Part shown: positions 38,691 through 47,767 of the stretch, one piece after another
Position numbering within the stretch: the first letter of the stretch is position 1
How the letters are laid out: each line of letters opens with the position of its first letter
Assembly (NCBI GenBank): GCA_028687755.1
Contig: JAQTZL010000003.1
Span: forward strand, 61,804-125,803
Length of the DNA stretch: 64,000 bases
Direction of reading: 5' to 3'
DNA from: Candidatus Nanopelagicales bacterium
GTDB lineage: Bacteria; Actinomycetota; Actinomycetes; S36-B12
Position numbers and translations under genes: made by a program
Notes under the pieces: model-generated
Told to the model about the DNA's origin: nothing
Database searches by the model: none
What the model saw: only the letters and a program-made list of their open reading frames with translations

Positions 38691-38694
38691 TTCC

Positions 38695-39597
38695 TTAGCC
38701 GTGTGATTTGCGACCGCGGCCCGCAAGCAAACCAACTGCTAAACCTGCGGCCAAGCCGCCAGCTGCTGCAATCGCTGCAGGGGAGGCAACCTTGCGAAGA
38801 TGAGCGCGGGCTCGAAAATCCTCAATTGGCCACATGTGTGTTTCTGCGTATGCGCGCAATATTGGATCTGGATTTACGCACACAGGATTGCCGACGGCGC
38901 TGAGCATTGGAATGTCATTTGTGGAATCCGAATACGCCCAACACTCACCTAGGTCAAGGCCTTCTCGTTCTGCTAGAGCGGTTACAGCTTCTGCCTTAGC
39001 CAGTCCGTGCAATGGTGCGCCGACAAGGTGCCCTGTATAGCGGCCGTCTTCGACTTCAGAAACTGTGCCAAGGGCGCCTGTGAGCCCAAGTCGCCTCGCA
39101 ATCACTTGCGCGAGTTCAATTGGAGTCGCGGTAACCAGCCACACTTGTCGACCGGCATCAAGATGTTCTTGGGCAAGTGCCAATGTTCCTGGAACGAGTT
39201 TGTCGACCATTGATTCATCGAAGATCTCTTGACCAAACGCGACGATTTCATCAACCCTGCGGCCCTTGACGAATGCGAGTGCAGATTCAGTAGCAAGTGC
39301 CATGTCATCTGGATTCTCGGTTCCGCGCAAAATGAATCGTGCTTGCGCCATCCCGAAAGCGGCGATCTCTCGAGGAGTGAAGAAACTGCGCCGAGCCATC
39401 CCGATAGCTACATGGAACAAACTTGAACCGCGCATGATCGTGTTGTCGACATCAAAGAATGCCGCTGCGCATTTTGCGTCATATTCACTCGGTAGCTGGG
39501 CTGCAGCTGCGGAGGCAAAGCCCGCAACGCGGGCACGGTCTACTGCATCAGCCATTGTTCGAGCGTAGTCTGCGTTGTGTGAGTGACCTACCGGCAA
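38695..39597 (-). CDS. HAD-IB family hydrolase (SerB-like phosphatase)
   Basis: AAFFDVDNTIMRGSS (DxDxT), VWLVTATP and AYSDSTNDIPML motifs. A C-terminal hydrophobic tail follows. Confidence 0.8.
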   Translation of the reverse strand: MPVGHSHNADYARTMADAVDRARVAGFASAAAAQLPSEYDAKCAAAFFDVDNTIMRGSSLFHVAIGMARRSFFTPREIAAFGMAQARFILRGTENPDDMALATESALAFVKGRRVDEIVAFGQEIFDESMVDKLVPGTLALAQEHLDAGRQVWLVTATPIELAQVIARRLGLTGALGTVSEVEDGRYTGHLVGAPLHGLAKAEAVTALAEREGLDLGECWAYSDSTNDIPMLSAVGNPVCVNPDPILRAYAETHMWPIEDFRARAHLRKVASPAAIAAAGGLAAGLAVGLLAGRGRKSHG

Positions 39598-39827
39598 GTC
39601 GCGTTCAACTCATTGGTAAACCCGATTGCCACCTGTGTGAAGACGCGCGTGCGGTAGTCCAGTTGGTGTGTTCGGAGTTGAATATCGGGTTTGATGAACA
39701 CTCAATCCTGGATGACCCGCAGTTGTATGACGAGTATTGGGAGCGGATCCCAGTTGTACTGGTAGATGACCGAGTTTTGGAATTTTGGCGGATCAATCCT
39801 GAGCGTTTACGAGGGGCATTGTCCTAA
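39579..39827 (+). CDS. Glutaredoxin-like small protein (DUF836 type)
   Basis: VQLIGKPDCHLCEDA (CxxC) and a thioredoxin-fold-like remainder. The start is uncertain; GTG 39579 was chosen and the ORF-track start 39459 is unlikely. Confidence 0.6.
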   Translation: MSDLPASRVQLIGKPDCHLCEDARAVVQLVCSELNIGFDEHSILDDPQLYDEYWERIPVVLVDDRVLEFWRINPERLRGALS

Positions 39828-39853
39828 TATCGGACGCAAGTGTCCGATGAACT

Positions 39854-39871
39854 TTGTGCACGAAGGCACAA
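39854..39871. promoter_or_regulatory. Candidate Rex operator upstream of rex
   Basis: TTGTGCA-CGAA-GGCACAA has a perfect 6-bp palindrome (TTGTGC/GCACAA). It matches 11 of 14 specified positions of TTGTGAA-N4-TTCACAA and lies about 105 nt before the likely rex start. Confidence 0.45.
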
Positions 39872-39976
39872 GTCCTTACCCTTAGGGCAGTGGCCTGCAC
39901 CATTAAAGCCGCTTTCACTAGGTCTTCCCGCGGTGTCTCCCGATACCAGCGCCTAGTGATCCAACCCTGGAGCACC

Positions 39977-40693
39977 GTGTCCTTGTCCCGCCAACTGAGC
40001 CCTAGTCGCACGCGCGACGATGGTCGTGGGATTCCCGATGCAACAGTGGCCCGGCTGCCGGTCTACCACCGAGTTCTTCGATCATTCGCCGAAGAGGGTG
40101 TGCAGACAATTTCTTCTGATCACTTGGCACAAAGTTGCGGTGTCAGTCCAGCGAAACTTCGCAAAGACCTTTCGCACCTGGGTTCGTACGGCACCCGCGG
40201 CGTTGGGTACGACGTAGCCCTATTGAGCTATCACATCAGCCGCGAACTCGGGTTGTCACAGCCCTGGGGTGTCGTCATTGTTGGTGTTGGCAATCTGGGT
40301 CAGGCATTGGTGTCTTATCGCGGTTTTGCATCACGAGGTTTTGAAATCGTTGGCTTACTTGATTCCCATCCAGATGTTGTGGGAAAGAGAGTGGCAGCAA
40401 CTGGTGTTGATCTGGTTGTTGCTCCGATGGCGGAGCTTGAATCATTGGTGCGTGACAGTGGAGCAAGCATTGGCGTCATTGCTACGCCGGCCGAAGCCGC
40501 CCAAAAGGTTTGCGATCGACTCGTTGACGCCGGAGTGAAAAGCATTTTGAATTTTGCTCCCGCAGTTCTGGTCGTTCCTGAAGACGTAGAAATTCGCAAG
40601 GTCGACCTTGCTGTTGAACTACAAATCTTGGCCTTCCATGAACAACGAAGAGTCGATGACTCCACTCATCTTGCGAAGGTGATGAACGCATGA
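39977..40693 (+). CDS. rex: Redox-sensing transcriptional repressor Rex
   Basis: N-terminal winged helix GIPDATVARLPVYHRVL and Rossmann IVGVGNLGQALVSY. GTG 39977 was chosen by comparison with typical Rex N-termini; the ORF-track start 39854 lies inside the putative operator. Confidence 0.9.
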   Translation: MSLSRQLSPSRTRDDGRGIPDATVARLPVYHRVLRSFAEEGVQTISSDHLAQSCGVSPAKLRKDLSHLGSYGTRGVGYDVALLSYHISRELGLSQPWGVVIVGVGNLGQALVSYRGFASRGFEIVGLLDSHPDVVGKRVAATGVDLVVAPMAELESLVRDSGASIGVIATPAEAAQKVCDRLVDAGVKSILNFAPAVLVVPEDVEIRKVDLAVELQILAFHEQRRVDDSTHLAKVMNA

Positions 40694-42447
40694 CTGCGAC
40701 AACAGTGAGCACCGCAACATCAAAGGTGCCAAAACAGGTGGTGCCTCCCCAACCTGAGGCCGCCCCGAAAAAGACGTCCAATTCCGCCACTACCGCAGGA
40801 GAGCACCAAGTGACTCGTGCAGCAACCGCAACAGCAGCACCAACTGAAGAAACACCAGTTATCGCTGCTGTGATTCCCGCAAAAGCACGTAAGAAAACAA
40901 CGGCTATTGGCACTGTGGCACTCGTTGCTGCAGGTCCTGGCGACCCTGATCTGTTGACGCTGCGCGCAGTTGCGCTGATTCGCGATGCTGACATGGTGAT
41001 CGCCGATGAAATCACTGAGCCAATTGCGCGTTTACATGCGAAAGCAGACGCAGAATTTGTAGTAGCTGGAGATCACGGCAAGGCCATGGTCGATGCAGCA
41101 AAGGATGGCAGAAATGTCGTTCACCTCATTGCTGGTGACCCAATCATTGACGGCACGCTGGTCGCAGAAGCCGCATCACTTCGTAAGTCAAAGATTCCTT
41201 TTGAAATTGCTCCTGGCGTCAGTGACGTCACGGGTATCCCTGCATACGCCGGCTTTAGTTTGACCGGCGGCAAAGTCCGCCAGGTTCGCGTTGTCGACGG
41301 AACCGACCCTGAGTTGCAGTGGGCTGACCTCGCGTCCCCTGGCATCACCACGGTGTTCCTCAATGGCGCAGATCTGTGCACTGAAATTGCAGCGAATTTG
41401 ATGGCCGCGGGTGCTGATGGAAAAACCCCGATCGCGGTAACGCGTCAAGGCACCACGGTGGATCAGCGCACACTCGCGGGAACCTTGAGCGACATTGGTG
41501 CAATCGCTAAGCGCACAAAGCAGACAGGTCCTGGCGTTGTTGTTGTTGGCGAAGTTGTGTCGCAGCGCGAAAAGGCTGACTGGTTTGAAGCTAAACCACT
41601 GTTTGGCTGGCGAGTACTCATTCCGCGCACCCAAGAGCCTTCAGATTCAATTGTTGCGCTGCTGCGTCGTCACGGAGCTGTTCCTATGGAAGTTCCAACG
41701 ATTTCTGTTGAGCCACCTCGCACCCCGCAGCAGATCGATCGCGCAGTGCACGGCTTGGTTTCTGGTCGCTACGAGTGGATTGGCTTTACTTCGGTCAACG
41801 CTGTACGCGCGATCCGCGAAAAACTTGCTTCATACGGTTTGGACGCACGCTCGTTTGCTGGCCTCAAGGTTGCCGCCGTCGGTGATGCCACTGTTGCAGC
41901 ATTGATTGAGTTTGGGGTGCGCCCTGATCTGGTCCCAGAAGGCGAGCAGACCACGGCTGCACTCCTTGATGAATGGCCAGGGTACGACTCACTGATTGAT
42001 CCAATCAATCGCATTTTCTTGCCTCGCGCCGATATCGCAACTGAATCGTTGGTCGCAGGCCTCACCGAACTCGGTTGGGAAGTTGAAGACATCACGGCCT
42101 TCCGCACAGTTCGTGCAGCACCACCTCCGGCGCCTACGCGCGAAGCCATCAAGACGGGTGGATTCGATGCAGTGTTGTTTACTTCAAGCAGCACCGTGCG
42201 TAACTTGGTTGGTATTGCAGGAAAGCCACATCACACCACTGTTGTTGCTGCGATCGGTCCTCAGACCACAAAGACTGCGCAAGAACATGGTCTACGTGTA
42301 GACGTTCAAGCTGATACCAGCACGCTTATCGGCCTCGTTGAAGCTCTCGCCGCTCATGGCGAAGAGCTTCGCTTGGCTGCTCTGGAAGCCGGTGAAGGTA
42401 GCTGGCGTCCAAGTCGTCGTCGTACACCAGCTCGACGTAAGGCGTAA
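40690..42447 (+). CDS. Bifunctional uroporphyrinogen-III C-methyltransferase / uroporphyrinogen-III synthase (CobA-HemD fusion) with a T/A/P-rich N-terminal extension
   Basis: SUMT blocks VAAGPGDPDLLTLRA, HLIAGDPIIDG and APGVSDVTGIPAYAGFSLTG. The C-terminal half has the two-lobed HemD pattern (...FTSVNAVR..., ...LFTSSSTVRN...). ATGA overlap with the rex stop. Confidence 0.8.
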   Translation: MTATTVSTATSKVPKQVVPPQPEAAPKKTSNSATTAGEHQVTRAATATAAPTEETPVIAAVIPAKARKKTTAIGTVALVAAGPGDPDLLTLRAVALIRDADMVIADEITEPIARLHAKADAEFVVAGDHGKAMVDAAKDGRNVVHLIAGDPIIDGTLVAEAASLRKSKIPFEIAPGVSDVTGIPAYAGFSLTGGKVRQVRVVDGTDPELQWADLASPGITTVFLNGADLCTEIAANLMAAGADGKTPIAVTRQGTTVDQRTLAGTLSDIGAIAKRTKQTGPGVVVVGEVVSQREKADWFEAKPLFGWRVLIPRTQEPSDSIVALLRRHGAVPMEVPTISVEPPRTPQQIDRAVHGLVSGRYEWIGFTSVNAVRAIREKLASYGLDARSFAGLKVAAVGDATVAALIEFGVRPDLVPEGEQTTAALLDEWPGYDSLIDPINRIFLPRADIATESLVAGLTELGWEVEDITAFRTVRAAPPPAPTREAIKTGGFDAVLFTSSSTVRNLVGIAGKPHHTTVVAAIGPQTTKTAQEHGLRVDVQADTSTLIGLVEALAAHGEELRLAALEAGEGSWRPSRRRTPARRKA

Positions 42448-42453
42448 TTCACA

Positions 42454-43101
42454 ATGGCTACACCAAAGCGCACCGTTGTTCACTTGCTTCGCCATGGAGA
42501 AGTGCACAACCCCGAAGGCGTGCTGTACGGCCGACTTCCTGGCTACGTGTTATCAGATCTCGGCCACGAAATGGCGCAGCGTGCGGGCAATGCGCTTCGC
42601 GGACACGACATCACCGGAGTGATCTCGTCGCCAATGGAGCGGGCGCAACAAACAGCTGTGCCAGTTGCTGGTGCGCATGGATTAGAAATCGGTACTGATG
42701 CCCGTTTGATCGAAGCTGACAATATTTTTGAAGGCCAGCGGGTCAGCGTCGGCGATGGTGTTCTTAAGCAACCCCGCACGTGGAAGCATCTTTACAACCC
42801 ATTTAAACCTTCATGGGGCGAGCCGTATGACGAAGTTGCGGCACGCATGACTCAGGCAGTGCATGCTGCTCGTGATCAATTCCGCGGCGGCGAAGTGGTC
42901 CTCGTCAGTCATCAGTTGCCAATCTGGATTGCGCGACTCGCGGCAGAGTCACGCCGGTTGTGGCACGACCCGCGTAGTCGGCAATGCTCGCTTGCATCCA
43001 TCACTTCGCTGACGTATCGCGATGATGAACTTGCGGCGATTACCTATACCGAACCATCACGTGATTTATTGGATAAGGCAAGCAAGGTGGCGGGCGCCTG
43101 A
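42454..43101 (+). CDS. Histidine phosphatase (phosphoglycerate mutase) family protein
   Basis: HLLRHGEV (RHG catalytic motif) and a later VSHQ block. Confidence 0.85.
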   Translation: MATPKRTVVHLLRHGEVHNPEGVLYGRLPGYVLSDLGHEMAQRAGNALRGHDITGVISSPMERAQQTAVPVAGAHGLEIGTDARLIEADNIFEGQRVSVGDGVLKQPRTWKHLYNPFKPSWGEPYDEVAARMTQAVHAARDQFRGGEVVLVSHQLPIWIARLAAESRRLWHDPRSRQCSLASITSLTYRDDELAAITYTEPSRDLLDKASKVAGA

Positions 43102-43118
43102 CCCAGGGTCGCGCTGAA

Positions 43119-43718
43119 ATGCTTATGCGTCATACACGAGTTCGTTTAAGCATTGGCGTCGCGCTGTTTGCATTGGTTGCAATGCCGATTGCTGGTTGCA
43201 GTAGTTCTCAACCTGGTTCAACTTCTGGCAGTGAGACCAACTTCGTCGCAGGTGATGGTTCTATCGAGGTAATTCCAGTAGGTCAGCGCGTTGCAGCCCC
43301 TGATTTCACCTTGCCAACCCTGGATGGCGGAAAGTTCACGCTGAGTGCGCAACGTGGCAAGGTTGTAGCAATGAATGTCTGGGCGTCATGGTGTGCTCCT
43401 TGTCGCAAAGAAGCTCCGGATCTAGAAGCGGTTTGGAAGCAATCAGATAAACGCAAGGTTGTTTTTGTTGGACTCAACACCCGCGATTCGCAAACATCTG
43501 CTGAAGGTTTTGTTCGCAACTACGGGATTACCTATCCGCAGGCGATTGATACCGACGGTCAAGTTCAATTGCTGTTCAGGAAAACCTTGCCCGCGCAAGC
43601 GATTCCATCAACGGTCATTGTTGATGCGAACGGACGAGTCGCGGCTCGAATCTTAGGAACAGCCACTGAGGCTACGTTACGAAGCGTTATCGATGATGTG
43701 CAACGAAGTTCGTCATGA
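43119..43718 (+). CDS. resA: TlpA/ResA-family thiol:disulfide oxidoreductase lipoprotein
   Basis: Lipobox IAGCSS and the thioredoxin motif WASWCAPCRKE. It is the first gene of the ccs cluster. Confidence 0.85.
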   Translation: MLMRHTRVRLSIGVALFALVAMPIAGCSSSQPGSTSGSETNFVAGDGSIEVIPVGQRVAAPDFTLPTLDGGKFTLSAQRGKVVAMNVWASWCAPCRKEAPDLEAVWKQSDKRKVVFVGLNTRDSQTSAEGFVRNYGITYPQAIDTDGQVQLLFRKTLPAQAIPSTVIVDANGRVAARILGTATEATLRSVIDDVQRSSS

Positions 43719-44458
43719 TTAGTGATGTCATTTCGCAAGGTACGTTGCTGTTTGCATTACCGCTGGCATTTGCAGCCGGCGTACTCGCTTTCCTTTCTCC
43801 TTGCGTTTTACCTCTAGCTCCTGGGTACTTGTCGTACATCACGGGTTTAACTGGCGCTGAACTTGCAGACGTAAAAGGCAACCGCGGGCGAGTGTTTCTT
43901 GGCAGTGTGCTCTTTGTTGCTGGATTCAGTGTCGTCTTTGTTTCTTACGGAGTGTTGTTTGGATCAATCGGTGCGACTTTGTTGGAATACCAAGTCACTA
44001 TCGATCGTGTGCTCGGAGTACTTGTCATCATCATGGGACTGGCCTTCATGGGATTGATACCAGGGCTCCAGCGTGAATGGCGGATGCATCGCTTGCCAAC
44101 ATGGGGAGTTGCGGGCGCGCCACTGCTTGGTCTGTTGTTTGGATTGGGCTGGTCTCCGTGTATCGGTCCAACTCTGGCAGCGGTCCAAAGTCTGGCATTT
44201 ACGGAAGCAAGTGCATTGCGTGGCGCAGTGCTTTCATTGGTCTATTGCTTGGGCCTTGGTTTGCCATTCGTGTTACTCGGTTTGCTCTTCACTCGCATGG
44301 GGCGTGCGCTGAGTTGGGTGCGCAATCACTATGAGCTTGTCATGCGCATCGGAGGAGCAATGTTGGTGATCGTTGGTGTATTGCTTGTCACTGGTTGGTG
44401 GAGTGATTTCACGATTTGGTTGCGAGTCACGCTTCCTGGATTTGAGACAGCGCTATGA
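43715..44458 (+). CDS. ccdA: Cytochrome c biogenesis thiol-reductant transporter CcdA
   Basis: Six TM helices with the two conserved Cys (FLSPCVLP and WSPCIGP). ATGA overlap. Confidence 0.9.
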   Translation: MISDVISQGTLLFALPLAFAAGVLAFLSPCVLPLAPGYLSYITGLTGAELADVKGNRGRVFLGSVLFVAGFSVVFVSYGVLFGSIGATLLEYQVTIDRVLGVLVIIMGLAFMGLIPGLQREWRMHRLPTWGVAGAPLLGLLFGLGWSPCIGPTLAAVQSLAFTEASALRGAVLSLVYCLGLGLPFVLLGLLFTRMGRALSWVRNHYELVMRIGGAMLVIVGVLLVTGWWSDFTIWLRVTLPGFETAL

Positions 44459-46014
44459 GTCAATTGCCACCACTGAGTAATACCGGGTTCTTGCGATGGA
44501 CTTGGCGTCAATTGACGAGTATGAAAACCGCGCTCGTATTGTTGTTTTTGCTTGCACTTGCCAGTGTTCCCGGTTCCATTTACCCGCAACGTGGTGTAGA
44601 TCCAATCAAAGTTCGCGATTACATCGCGAATAATCCGACATGGGGTCCAACTCTTGATCGTCTTGGATTCTTCGAGGTTTACTCGTCGCCTTGGTTTTCG
44701 GCGATCTACTTATTGCTCTTCATTTCGCTTATCGGCTGTGTCGTTCCGCGTGTAGGCGTGCACTTCCGCGCAATGCGCAGTGCGCCTCCCGCGGCTCCTC
44801 GTGTACTTGATCGATTGGCTGGCACGCGAACGCTGGCCACAGATGCGTCAGCGAGCGAGGTGTTGCACATTGCGTCCAAGGCGTTACGCAAACATAAATG
44901 GCGCGTAGTCAGCGGTCCAGCATCGTCGCCTGAGTGGGTTGCGGCTGAAAAGGGCTACTTGCGTGAAACAGGAAACCTGGTATTCCACGTTGCATTGCTC
45001 TTCGTGCTCGCTGCGATTGCGATAGGCGGATTGTTTGGTTGGAAAGGCAACGTGATAGTTCGTGAAGGGTCAAGTTTTTCTAACACCTTGACGCAGTACG
45101 ACGCATGGGGAGGCGGGCGATACACCAATGCGCAAGACCTTCCCCCATTTTCGTTCACCCTAGATAAATTCACCGTGGACTTCGAGCGCGGAGTTGCGCA
45201 GCGTGGTGCGCCACGAGCCTTTGAAGCGGATGTTTCGTACAAGACAGATCCAGCTGCTCCTCGCCAGCATGCGCTTATCGAAGTTAATGAGCCGCTCGTG
45301 ATTGGTGGGGCAAAAGTCTTCTTGGTCGGACATGGCTACGCGCCGATCGTGAAAGTCACGGATAAAAATGGAAACGAAATATTCAAAGACGCTGTGCCAT
45401 TCCTGCCACAGGACGGAATGTTTACCTCCACTGGTGTGGTGAAGATCCCGGATTCAACGCCTCAATTAGGTTTGCAAGCGCTCTTTTTGCCTACGGCGGC
45501 CCTGGATCAAATTCGGGGACCGCACTCAACCTTCCCGGGCCCTGATGATCCAGCGTTGTTCATGTCTGCTTGGAAGGGCGATCTGGGCTTAGATACGGGA
45601 AAGACACAAAGCGTCTACCGGCTCGTGACGGACAAGATGTCCAGAATTGGCCTAGAGCAACTCAAGGTTGGCGAAAGCTGGAAGCTTCCTGATGGATCCG
45701 GAACGGTCACGTTCGTAGGCTTTAAGCGGTGGGCTTCTTTCCAAATTGCTTCTGATCCGGGTAAAGAAATTGCACTCCTGTTCGTGGCTATTGCCATTCT
45801 CGGGTTATCTCTGTCACTTTTCATTCGTAGGCGACGGGTCTGGGTGAAGGTCATGACCCGTGATGGGGTTACCGTTATCCAAATCGCTGGAATCATGCGG
45901 ACGTCGACCTTTGAAGATGAAGACATCGGTGCGCTTGCAGAAGACCTCGATGTTGTTGAACAAGCACTGATTGCAGCTGATGTTGTACGGGGTAACCCGG
46001 AGGAGGAACATTGA
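44455..46014 (+). CDS. resB: Cytochrome c biogenesis protein ResB/Ccs1
   Basis: N-terminal TM pair (MKTALVLLFLLALASVPGS), a large extracytoplasmic domain and a C-terminal TM. ATGA overlap. Confidence 0.9.
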   Translation: MSQLPPLSNTGFLRWTWRQLTSMKTALVLLFLLALASVPGSIYPQRGVDPIKVRDYIANNPTWGPTLDRLGFFEVYSSPWFSAIYLLLFISLIGCVVPRVGVHFRAMRSAPPAAPRVLDRLAGTRTLATDASASEVLHIASKALRKHKWRVVSGPASSPEWVAAEKGYLRETGNLVFHVALLFVLAAIAIGGLFGWKGNVIVREGSSFSNTLTQYDAWGGGRYTNAQDLPPFSFTLDKFTVDFERGVAQRGAPRAFEADVSYKTDPAAPRQHALIEVNEPLVIGGAKVFLVGHGYAPIVKVTDKNGNEIFKDAVPFLPQDGMFTSTGVVKIPDSTPQLGLQALFLPTAALDQIRGPHSTFPGPDDPALFMSAWKGDLGLDTGKTQSVYRLVTDKMSRIGLEQLKVGESWKLPDGSGTVTFVGFKRWASFQIASDPGKEIALLFVAIAILGLSLSLFIRRRRVWVKVMTRDGVTVIQIAGIMRTSTFEDEDIGALAEDLDVVEQALIAADVVRGNPEEEH

Positions 46015-46961
46015 GTCCTGAGTCGCTCGCGCGTATGAGCAATGTCGCAATTTATTCGTCGATGCTGGCTGTGGCTTTTGCCATGTTTGCGTTTGCTGCC
46101 TCCTTCGCAGGCGGTCGTCGCAAGCCCGCCAATGTCATCGTGACTACTGAGATGAGTGCTGGCGGAACAGCAGTCATCACCAAGACTGAACTTCCTGTTG
46201 CAGAACCTGGGAGACGTGCCGCAAATATTGGCGTTTCGCTGAGTTGGCTTGCTTTTGCACTGTTGCTGACTGGTGTTGTGCTTCGCGGAGTGTGGGCAGG
46301 CCGTGCGCCTTGGGGCAACATGTACGAGTTCTCCATTACTGCAGCCCTAAGCGTGTTAGGCGTCTACCTGATCGCAAACACGCGTGTAGATCTACGCTGG
46401 CTTGGATTGTTTGTTGTTATTCCTGTGTTGCTGACCTTGGGTGTCGCGGTCACAGTTCTGTACACGGAAGCAGCTCAACTTGTTCCTGCGCTGAAGTCTT
46501 ATTGGTTGGTCATCCACGTGTTCGCTGCGATAATTTGCGCCGGCGCCTTCACGATGGCTGCGGCGACTGCTGGTTTGTCACTCGTGCGCGACCGTGCTGA
46601 GAAGCGTGGCAATGTCGAAGGCGCATTGTCTTCGCGTATTCCTGATGCCGAACGTTTACGCGCACTTACCAACAAAACGCTGGCTTTCGCCTTTCCTTTG
46701 TGGACGTTCACTGTTGTTGCTGGAGCAATTTGGGCAGAAAATGCTTGGGGTCGTTACTGGGGCTGGGATCCAAAAGAAACCTGGGCCTTCATTACTTGGG
46801 TCGTATACGCCGCTTACCTTCATGCCCGTTCAACCGCAGGATGGCGCGGCAATAAGGCATCGATCATTGCGATAGCCGGTTGGATCGCATTCTTGATGAA
46901 TTACTTCGGTGTGAACTTCTTGGCAAACAGTCTGCATTCGTATGGGGGCGTCGGTAGTTAA
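46011..46961 (+). CDS. ccsB: Cytochrome c-type biogenesis protein CcsB/ResC
   Basis: Trp-rich heme-handling motif WGRYWGWDPKETWAFITW plus conserved His residues; polytopic. Confidence 0.92.
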   Translation: MSPESLARMSNVAIYSSMLAVAFAMFAFAASFAGGRRKPANVIVTTEMSAGGTAVITKTELPVAEPGRRAANIGVSLSWLAFALLLTGVVLRGVWAGRAPWGNMYEFSITAALSVLGVYLIANTRVDLRWLGLFVVIPVLLTLGVAVTVLYTEAAQLVPALKSYWLVIHVFAAIICAGAFTMAAATAGLSLVRDRAEKRGNVEGALSSRIPDAERLRALTNKTLAFAFPLWTFTVVAGAIWAENAWGRYWGWDPKETWAFITWVVYAAYLHARSTAGWRGNKASIIAIAGWIAFLMNYFGVNFLANSLHSYGGVGS

Positions 46962-46970
46962 TCGACTTCG

Positions 46971-47264
46971 TTAGCTCGTTTCGCCACGGCGCTCACGCAT
47001 TTTGCGGCGCCATTCGTCTTCAGCGAGTTTCGCGAGGAATTTAGGGTCATCATCTGGCGCTGCCGTTGATTTGCGACGGCGACTTGATCGTGGGCGCCCA
47101 GTGAGCAACCAAATGATTCCGCCAAGAAGCGGAAGTGCGAACACGATGAGCAGCCAAACCACCTTGGGTAGATTGCGCACGTTGCTTTTTGGTGTTTGCG
47201 AGACATCAATCAGGAACCAGATATAGAACGCCACCGCGATGACGATGCCCAACACTCTGATCAC
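46971..47264 (-). CDS. PLD-nuclease-N (PLDc_N) domain small membrane protein
   Basis: FLIDVSQTP...LPKVVWLLIVFALPLLGGIIWLLTGRP pattern. GTG 47264 is preceded by a strong SD AAGGAGGAA with 5-nt spacing; the ORF-track start 47321 is unlikely. Confidence 0.65.
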   Translation of the reverse strand: MIRVLGIVIAVAFYIWFLIDVSQTPKSNVRNLPKVVWLLIVFALPLLGGIIWLLTGRPRSSRRRKSTAAPDDDPKFLAKLAEDEWRRKMRERRGETS

Positions 47265-47332
47265 GACTTCCTCCTTGCCACACCTTAACTCCCAAATTGA
47301 ATCGTTCGCACCGTGTCGCATACGGTGGGCTC

Positions 47333-47767
47333 ATGTCAAAAGCACCTAATCGGTGGCTCACAGCAGTGATGTACACCGCAGCACGCTTACTGCTCTGGTT
47401 GGTCATCTGGGCGCTGCTTCAGTTCCTCACACCGGTGAAGGGCCTACTTGCAGTCGTATTGAGCCTGCTGATCTCAAGCGCCATAAGCATCATCATGCTC
47501 GATCGTCAACGTGATGTGATGAGTGAAGGTGTTGGTGCGTTCTTTGGTGGAATCAATCAAAAAATTGCAAACTCAGCGGCTGCAGAAGATGCCTGGCAGG
47601 AGGAAATTCGCGCAGCACAATCAGGTCCAGGCCAGCAAAGCGCCGCAAGTCAGGCCGTAGATCAAGATCAACAAGCCACTTTGCTTGAGGGGAATGATCA
47701 ACGCGGGACCGACAGCGCCACTGATAACAATCCGCACGGGTTGGATAGCGAAAACAAAACTGAGTAA
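47333..47767 (+). CDS. DUF4229-like small membrane protein with a disordered acidic/Q-rich tail
   Basis: Two TM helices followed by MLDRQRD, typical of DUF4229. The last 147 nt overlap the 3' end of convergent menA. Confidence 0.55.
   Translation: MSKAPNRWLTAVMYTAARLLLWLVIWALLQFLTPVKGLLAVVLSLLISSAISIIMLDRQRDVMSEGVGAFFGGINQKIANSAAAEDAWQEEIRAAQSGPGQQSAASQAVDQDQQATLLEGNDQRGTDSATDNNPHGLDSENKTE

Noticed and set aside
39828-39850. Short hairpin TCGGAC-gcaagt-GTCCGA after the glutaredoxin-like gene as a terminator
   Set aside because: The stem is only 6 bp and has no following U-tract, which is insufficient to call an intrinsic terminator.
40482-41015. 177-aa minus-strand ORF across the rex / cobA-hemD junction
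   Set aside because: It is antisense to two well-supported, ATGA-coupled genes and its sequence is low-complexity.
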